Notes under the pieces: generated by a model
What the model saw: only the letters and a program-made list of their open reading frames with translations
Databases searched by the model: none
What the model was told of the DNA's origin: nothing
Part shown: positions 58,569 to 64,000 of the stretch, in pieces
How positions within the stretch are numbered: the stretch's first letter is position 1
Layout: the number at the start of each line of letters is the position of its first letter
Virus record (IMG/VR): IMGVR_UViG_3300042695_001232
Direction: 5' to 3' (one strand)
Source: an uncultured virus (IMG/VR IMGVR_UViG_3300042695_001232)
Lineage: Duplodnaviria; Heunggongvirae; Uroviricota; Caudoviricetes
DNA: 64,000 nucleotides
Translations under genes and position numbers: made by a program

Positions 58569-58597
58569 ACTTTATTCTAAGATGGTCGAAATGTCAA
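58569..58597 (-). promoter_or_regulatory. Sigma70-like promoter of the polymerase operon, leaderless geometry
   Basis: TTGACA-17-TAAAGT, 6 nt, ATG 58562. Confidence 0.7.
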
Positions 58598-59349
58598 TTA
58601 ATTTTAATACCACGGATGGTTTTATCTATTATACAAAATCTAACATTTTTAGAAGCATCAACAACCGAATTTACACCTAATAGATATGATTCAGCATCAC
58701 CATTTACAGTTTCTTTAATTGAAAAAATATTGCCACGTCTCATAGTTTCAACACCACGACCTTGAAACTTTGGAGCAGGAACAATTACCACGGTTTGACC
58801 AGCTTTAACATTTTCTTTTCGTTTGGAATAATTGTCTAAAATAACAGCGGATCCATCAAGAATAATAATAACCGTGGTTCGATCATCTGCCTGTATTACA
58901 AATTTACCTTTTGACAATATTATTGATGCAAGTTTAGTATTAATATTATCAATAGATTCAGAATTACCTTCTTGATTGGAATAAACATCAAGTTCACCTT
59001 CAATTAACGATACCGATTTGGAATAGGTTTCATACTTGGCCTTTTCGGGCAATGAATTTGTATTAATGAAACTTTGATCAAAGTTATCAACGGTAATATG
59101 AGTTGATTCTTTAATTTTAACAAAGACATCATTTGAAAATGCCACAGTTACATCCGAATTTGTTGATGTTTTAAATGCATAGTTTTGACCGTTGACCATA
59201 AAGGTTTGTCCAATGGTCGGCGCATTCGTTGAAAGTACATTATTTGTCACATTTTCTAAAACAACATCACCTGTTGTTTTTTGAACATAAAAAACACCAT
59301 TAGCATAAACATTAAAGCCAAACAAGAGCGTGAATATTATATTTTTCAT
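58594..59349 (-). CDS. Secreted FecR-domain-like protein
   Basis: Signal peptide; T..NS.V...F..D.....EST, L.EG, T....I..G.F, V..GQ pattern. Confidence 0.6.
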   Translation of the reverse strand: MKNIIFTLLFGFNVYANGVFYVQKTTGDVVLENVTNNVLSTNAPTIGQTFMVNGQNYAFKTSTNSDVTVAFSNDVFVKIKESTHITVDNFDQSFINTNSLPEKAKYETYSKSVSLIEGELDVYSNQEGNSESIDNINTKLASIILSKGKFVIQADDRTTVIIILDGSAVILDNYSKRKENVKAGQTVVIVPAPKFQGRGVETMRRGNIFSIKETVNGDAESYLLGVNSVVDASKNVRFCIIDKTIRGIKIN

Positions 59350-59363
59350 AAAGTTATAAGATA

Positions 59364-59392
59364 TAGACTTTGAATAGATTGTCTGATACTAT
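59364..59392 (+). promoter_or_regulatory. Sigma70-like promoter, leaderless geometry
   Basis: TAGACT-17-TACTAT, 6 nt, ATG 59399. Confidence 0.6.
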
Positions 59393-59398
59393 ATAAGT

Positions 59399-60316
59399 AT
59401 GTCTGAGATTATAGAAGAAAAAAATAAAAAAACCGTAAGCTTTTCACAATATTCTGGGTGGTTCAAGTGTCCACACAGTTGGTATCTGAATTATTTAAAG
59501 GGTTTACGGGTATATGAAGCAAGTTTAAGTACTTGTTTTGGCACCGCAATTCATAATACAATTCAAGAGTATATCAAATCACTTTATACAGAAGGGCCTG
59601 AAATCTCTGATAAAATTGATTTGATTAAAAAGTTTCGTGACGAATTTAATCAAATTCTGGCCGAAGAAAAACATACTATCAAAGATCCATTTACAGATGA
59701 TGATATTACTGAATTTCTATTTGACGGTGAAGATATCTTGAAAACGTTTAGTAGCTCCGCAAATCGAATCAAGTATTTCCCCAGTAGAAAATATGAATTC
59801 ATTGGGGTTGAACTTCCATTGGATGTTCCTATCAAGAATAATATTCGGTTTATTGCGTATGTTGATTTGATTCTACGTGACAAAACCACCGGCAAATATA
59901 AAATTTGGGATTTTAAAACAAGTGCAATGGGTTGGAACAAATATCAAACCGCAGATGAAAGCAAATATTCTCAATTGTTGTTATATAAGGCATTTTACTC
60001 AAAACAGTTTAATGTTCCTCTTGATGCAATTGATGTTGAGTTCTTCATTTTGAAACGCAAGTTGTATGAAAATTCAAATTTTCCACAAAGTCGAATTCAA
60101 ATATTTGAACCATCAAACTCCAAAAATTATGTTGCCAAATCATTAGTGACATTTACATCGTTTATCGACGAATGTTTTACCTCTGAAGGAACGTATAAAG
60201 AAGATGGTTATTATCCAAAGGTTCCGGGTAAGGCAAAGAAAAATTGTAAGTATTGTACACATTACAAAACCAATTGTGATGCTAAAGAAACTAAAGACGA
60301 AAACGAAGACAATTAA
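59399..60316 (+). CDS. PD-(D/E)XK (RecB/Cas4-like) exonuclease
   Basis: SFSQ..CP, FGTAIH, E..VDL..DFKT, QLLLY, CKYC..C. Confidence 0.85.
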   Translation: MSEIIEEKNKKTVSFSQYSGWFKCPHSWYLNYLKGLRVYEASLSTCFGTAIHNTIQEYIKSLYTEGPEISDKIDLIKKFRDEFNQILAEEKHTIKDPFTDDDITEFLFDGEDILKTFSSSANRIKYFPSRKYEFIGVELPLDVPIKNNIRFIAYVDLILRDKTTGKYKIWDFKTSAMGWNKYQTADESKYSQLLLYKAFYSKQFNVPLDAIDVEFFILKRKLYENSNFPQSRIQIFEPSNSKNYVAKSLVTFTSFIDECFTSEGTYKEDGYYPKVPGKAKKNCKYCTHYKTNCDAKETKDENEDN

Positions 60317-60359
60317 AAATAAAGTTTTTTGTTTTGTATATATACGTATATACAAAACT

Positions 60360-60587
60360 ATGTCAAAAGTACTAACTAGCGTTAAAGTTGATAACGACGC
60401 TTACATTAAATTTAAAGAATTAAATATAAACCAAAAATTTAATTTTCAAGAGTTGGTAAATCGTTCGTTATATTTGTATCTTCAAGATGATTCTTTTAGA
60501 AACACAGTATATAACTATAACATTTCTTCGTTATCACAAGAAAGTCAAAAAACGATACTACCAAGTATAAAACGTACAGCCGATTAA
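60360..60587 (+). CDS. Small ribbon-helix-helix-like protein
   Basis: LTSVKVD..Y..FK..FQELVNRSLYLY. Confidence 0.55.
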   Translation: MSKVLTSVKVDNDAYIKFKELNINQKFNFQELVNRSLYLYLQDDSFRNTVYNYNISSLSQESQKTILPSIKRTAD

Positions 60588-60601
60588 ATTTATTAAAAGT
60601 T

Positions 60602-61153
60602 ATGGCAAAAAAGAAAATTTTATTATTGAGTGATGATATGCGTATGCATAGTGGTGTATCTACTATGAGTCGTGAATTGATCATGGGAACTATTCACCAT
60701 TATGATTGGGTACAAATCGCAGGGGCAGTAAATCACCCGGATCAAGGTAAATCAATTAACGCAAGTGAGGAAATACAAAAAAGTACAAACGTCAAAGATG
60801 CATCTCTTGTTTTGTATCCAGTATCCGGTTATGGTAATGAAGATTTTCTATACGCTGTTATGGCACGTGAAAATCCCGATGCAATAATGCATTTTACCGA
60901 TCCACGTTATTGGACATGGTTATATGCGATTGAACGTGAAATTAGAAAGAAGATTCCTCTTACATATTTAAACATCTGGGATGATCTACCATATCCTATG
61001 TGGAATAAACCATTTTATGAAAGTTGTGATACATTATTTAGCATTAGCAAACAAACATACAATATTAACAAGTGGGTATTAGGACCAAACAATTGTACCA
61101 CAATTTATGGTGATCTAGATAATAACGGTAATATCATAAAGGAGAACGCTTAA
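60602..61153 (+). CDS. GT4 glycosyltransferase, N-terminal part
   Basis: KILLLSDD.R..SGV, FTDPR, IWDD, SISK. Confidence 0.75.
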   Translation: MAKKKILLLSDDMRMHSGVSTMSRELIMGTIHHYDWVQIAGAVNHPDQGKSINASEEIQKSTNVKDASLVLYPVSGYGNEDFLYAVMARENPDAIMHFTDPRYWTWLYAIEREIRKKIPLTYLNIWDDLPYPMWNKPFYESCDTLFSISKQTYNINKWVLGPNNCTTIYGDLDNNGNIIKENA

Positions 61154-61154
61154 T

Positions 61155-62126
61155 ATGTCAGTTAAAGGAAAAACACTTTTACATTATGTACCTCATGGAA
61201 TTAATAGTCAGGTATTCAAACCCATTGAAAAAACAGATAAAATCTTTTCAGAAGGTGTAAAGAAATTCTTTAAGGGTAATGAATATAACTACATTATATT
61301 TTTTAATAGTCGTAATGTCAAACGCAAACAAGTATCAAATGTAATTTTGGCATATCGTATATTCTGCGATAGTCTTCCAAAAGAAGAGTCTAAAAAAGTT
61401 TGTTTGGTTCTTCATACAGAAGTTATTGGTCAAGCTGGACATGGTACAGATCTTCCAGCGGTTAAAGAATCACTTTGTTACGATTATGATGTTTATTTTT
61501 CAAACCAAAAAATTAGTTCAAATGACATGAACTTAATGTACAATATGGCAGATGTTACAATTAATGTTTCAAGTAATGAGGGATTTGGTCTGAGTATTGC
61601 AGAATCAATTATGGCGGGAACACCTGTAATTGTTAATGTAACAGGTGGACTTCAAGATCAAATCGGTCAAATGGATGATGATGGAAACCCAGTAGAATTT
61701 ACTAAGGAATTTGCTACCAATAACATTGGAAAGTATAAGAAGCATGGTGTTTGGGCAAAGCCAATTTGGCCAAAGGTATTGGATACTCATGGAAGTAATC
61801 AAACTCCATATATTTTTGACGACATGGTAGATTGTCGTGATATCGCTGAAGCAATGATGTATTGGTATCTAATCCCAAATGAAGAACGTATACGACGTGG
61901 TGAAGAAGGTCGTAAATGGGCTTTGAACGAAGGTGGATTAAATTCAAAACATATGTGTAATGAATTGATTAAAGCAATGGACTATACATTACAAAACTTT
62001 ATTCCATGTAATCCATTTAGTATTCATACCACTAAAGAACACGTTGGACACTCACAACCTGATAATTGTATGGGAGTTAATTTTGGAAAAATAGATATTG
62101 AAAAAGTAAAAAAGGAAATAGAATGA
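61155..62126 (+). CDS. GT4 glycosyltransferase, C-terminal part
   Basis: YVPHGI, RN..RK, SNEGFGLSIAES..GTP..TGGLQDQ. Confidence 0.85.
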   Translation: MSVKGKTLLHYVPHGINSQVFKPIEKTDKIFSEGVKKFFKGNEYNYIIFFNSRNVKRKQVSNVILAYRIFCDSLPKEESKKVCLVLHTEVIGQAGHGTDLPAVKESLCYDYDVYFSNQKISSNDMNLMYNMADVTINVSSNEGFGLSIAESIMAGTPVIVNVTGGLQDQIGQMDDDGNPVEFTKEFATNNIGKYKKHGVWAKPIWPKVLDTHGSNQTPYIFDDMVDCRDIAEAMMYWYLIPNEERIRRGEEGRKWALNEGGLNSKHMCNELIKAMDYTLQNFIPCNPFSIHTTKEHVGHSQPDNCMGVNFGKIDIEKVKKEIE

Positions 62127-62698
62127 ATATAAAAAAACTATCTGATAAAGCGGTTATTCCTAACAAAGGAAGCGTTGGTGCTGCTGGTTATGATTTGTAT
62201 ACTACAGAATCATACGAACTAAAGCCGGGTGAACGTAAGGCTTTTAAGACCGATATTGCATTAGCTATTCCAGAAGGTTTTTATGGTCGAGTTGCACCTC
62301 GTAGCGGACTTGCTGTAAAGTACGGTATCGATGTTCTCGCAGGAGTTATTGATAGTGACTATCGTGGAGAAATACTAGTTGCCCTTATCAATCTAGGTGA
62401 TAAACCCGTTAAATTACCAATTATTAAGGATGATAAAGAAACCGCTATTGCTCAAATTATTATAGAAGGATGTGGCACCGCAGTAGGAGGTTTTATCGAG
62501 GTTGATGATTTGAATTCGACTCAACGTGGTGTTGGTGGATTTGGAAGTACTGACATAAACAAGTCAACTACAACACCAACTACATCAGGAAAAACTATTG
62601 AAGATTTGCTTAAAATAAAAGAAGCAAATTTTGATACTAACATTAAAAAATATAGTGAAGTGATTAAAGAAAGAGACAACAAACTTTTTGGAAATTAA
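62123..62698 (+). CDS. dut: Trimeric dUTPase
   Basis: AAGYDL, PRSGLA, GVIDSDYRGEI, AQ, RGVGGFGST. Confidence 0.95.
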   Translation: MNIKKLSDKAVIPNKGSVGAAGYDLYTTESYELKPGERKAFKTDIALAIPEGFYGRVAPRSGLAVKYGIDVLAGVIDSDYRGEILVALINLGDKPVKLPIIKDDKETAIAQIIIEGCGTAVGGFIEVDDLNSTQRGVGGFGSTDINKSTTTPTTSGKTIEDLLKIKEANFDTNIKKYSEVIKERDNKLFGN

Positions 62699-62699
62699 T

Positions 62700-64000
62700 A
62701 TGAGTAAACCGTTATGTGTTATACAAGGACCAGTCTTTAGTCGAAGTGGCTACGGTGACTGGGCAAAAGATGTTGCTAAAAGTATTCTACGTTACGATAA
62801 GTACGATTTAAGAATTGCAAACACCAAGTGGGGTGCAAATCCCGTGAAACGTTTTCAAGATGATTTGGATTATAACGATCCACTCAACCTTGCGTTATTT
62901 GATAAGATGTTGAAAGAACCTATTAACCGTCAACCAGATCTGTTTATTCAAATATCAATTCCAAATGAGTTTAAACCTATTGGCAAGTACAATATTGGAA
63001 TGACGGCTGGAATTGAAACCACGGCAGCTGCAGGAGAATGGATTGAAGGTCTAAACAAAATGGACATGAACATTGTTACATCTCGTCATTCCAAGAAGGT
63101 ATTTGATGATGCAGACTATACTAAGGAATATAAAGACGGAAGTGGACGTAAAGAACAACTACGTAACATAAAACCCATGGAAGTGTGTTTCTGGGGAGCC
63201 AATACTGATCTATATAAAATTACGAATGAAAAAGTTCAATCGGTTGAACAAATTATGTCAACAATTCCAGAGTCATTTGCATTTTTGTTTGTTGGTCAAT
63301 GGACACATTCGAATCCATATCATGACCGCAAAGATATTGGCAACTTGATTAAAACCTTTATTAACGTATTTAAAGATCGTATTCAAAAACCATGTTTGAT
63401 CTTAAAAACAAGTGGTGTTAATTATTCCAAGATAGATAAAGATGAAATATTAAATAAAATCAAATCAATTGAATCACAAATTAAGGGTGATAAGCCTAAC
63501 ATATATTTGATTCATGGAGAACTTACTGACACTGAAATGAATGCACTTTTCAATCATGAAAAAGTGAAGTGTCATATAAATTTTACACACGGTGAAGGAT
63601 TTGGGCATCCTCTGTTGTTAGCCTCGCTCAGTGGTAAACCAATTCTTGCATCTGATTGGAGTGGACATTTGGATTTCTTGAATTCCAATAAAGAATGTTT
63701 ATTGCCGGGTAAAGTTGATACAATCAATCCGGCATCTGTAAATCAATGGTTAATCAAAGAATCAGCATGGTTTACAGTATCATATAGTTTGGCAGAAGAA
63801 CGTATGAAACAGATTTATTTTAGTCTGAATCACAAAACGAAAACAAACGCATTGGAACTTGCTAAACGAAATGCTGAATCTTTTTCTACACAATCTATGG
63901 ATAAAGTACTACATGGAATTCTTGACAAATACGTTCCTCAATTTGCAATTGAACAAAAAATTGTGATTCCACAATTAAAACTTCCATCACTTCCACCAGT
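62700..64000 (+). CDS. GT4 glycosyltransferase (runs off window end; not in ORF track)
   Basis: MSKPLCVIQGPVFSRSGYG..TAGIET..VGQW..RKDI..THGEGFGHPLL..WSGHLDFL. Confidence 0.85.
   Translation, partial: MSKPLCVIQGPVFSRSGYGDWAKDVAKSILRYDKYDLRIANTKWGANPVKRFQDDLDYNDPLNLALFDKMLKEPINRQPDLFIQISIPNEFKPIGKYNIGMTAGIETTAAAGEWIEGLNKMDMNIVTSRHSKKVFDDADYTKEYKDGSGRKEQLRNIKPMEVCFWGANTDLYKITNEKVQSVEQIMSTIPESFAFLFVGQWTHSNPYHDRKDIGNLIKTFINVFKDRIQKPCLILKTSGVNYSKIDKDEILNKIKSIESQIKGDKPNIYLIHGELTDTEMNALFNHEKVKCHINFTHGEGFGHPLLLASLSGKPILASDWSGHLDFLNSNKECLLPGKVDTINPASVNQWLIKESAWFTVSYSLAEERMKQIYFSLNHKTKTNALELAKRNAESFSTQSMDKVLHGILDKYVPQFAIEQKIVIPQLKLPSLPP

Noticed and set aside
59399..60316. Cas4 of a CRISPR system
   Set aside because: No repeat-spacer array or other cas genes seen; stand-alone phage exonuclease fits better
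1..64000. Genome-wide stop-codon reassignment
   Set aside because: Genes are full length in the standard code and TAA, TAG and TGA all end genes with tight packing

Overview
AT-rich, gene-dense 64 kb segment of a large dsDNA tailed (jumbo/T4-like) bacteriophage, standard genetic code; no tRNA, rRNA or CRISPR array seen. Left arm (1-21 kb, mostly +): nucleotide metabolism and RNA repair (Prs-like C-terminus, two RNA ligases, polynucleotide kinase, phosphoesterases, DHFR, ThyA), a DUF262-HNH (GmrSD-like) gene, ClpP and free-standing endonucleases. 24-33.5 kb (-): helicase, a spanin-like lipoprotein and putative head-internal proteins (shared M-x-YKDFF leader, ArdC-like protein, Pol-beta-like nucleotidyltransferase, SleB-type hydrolase polyprotein). 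33.5-64 kb: a large glycan-modification island interleaved with clamp loader, sliding clamp, PolB, a PD-(D/E)XK nuclease and dUTPase. Highlights: (1) a RuBisCO-like protein coupled to nucleotidyltransferase, cupin, HAD and WavE-like genes, a candidate undescribed NDP-sugar pathway; (2) a GIY-YIG homing endonuclease sitting in the RNA ligase 5' end with a replacement promoter and N-terminus; (3) two promoter classes (leaderless sigma70-like and a TATTTAT motif). All family calls come from motif recognition by eye; no database search was run.
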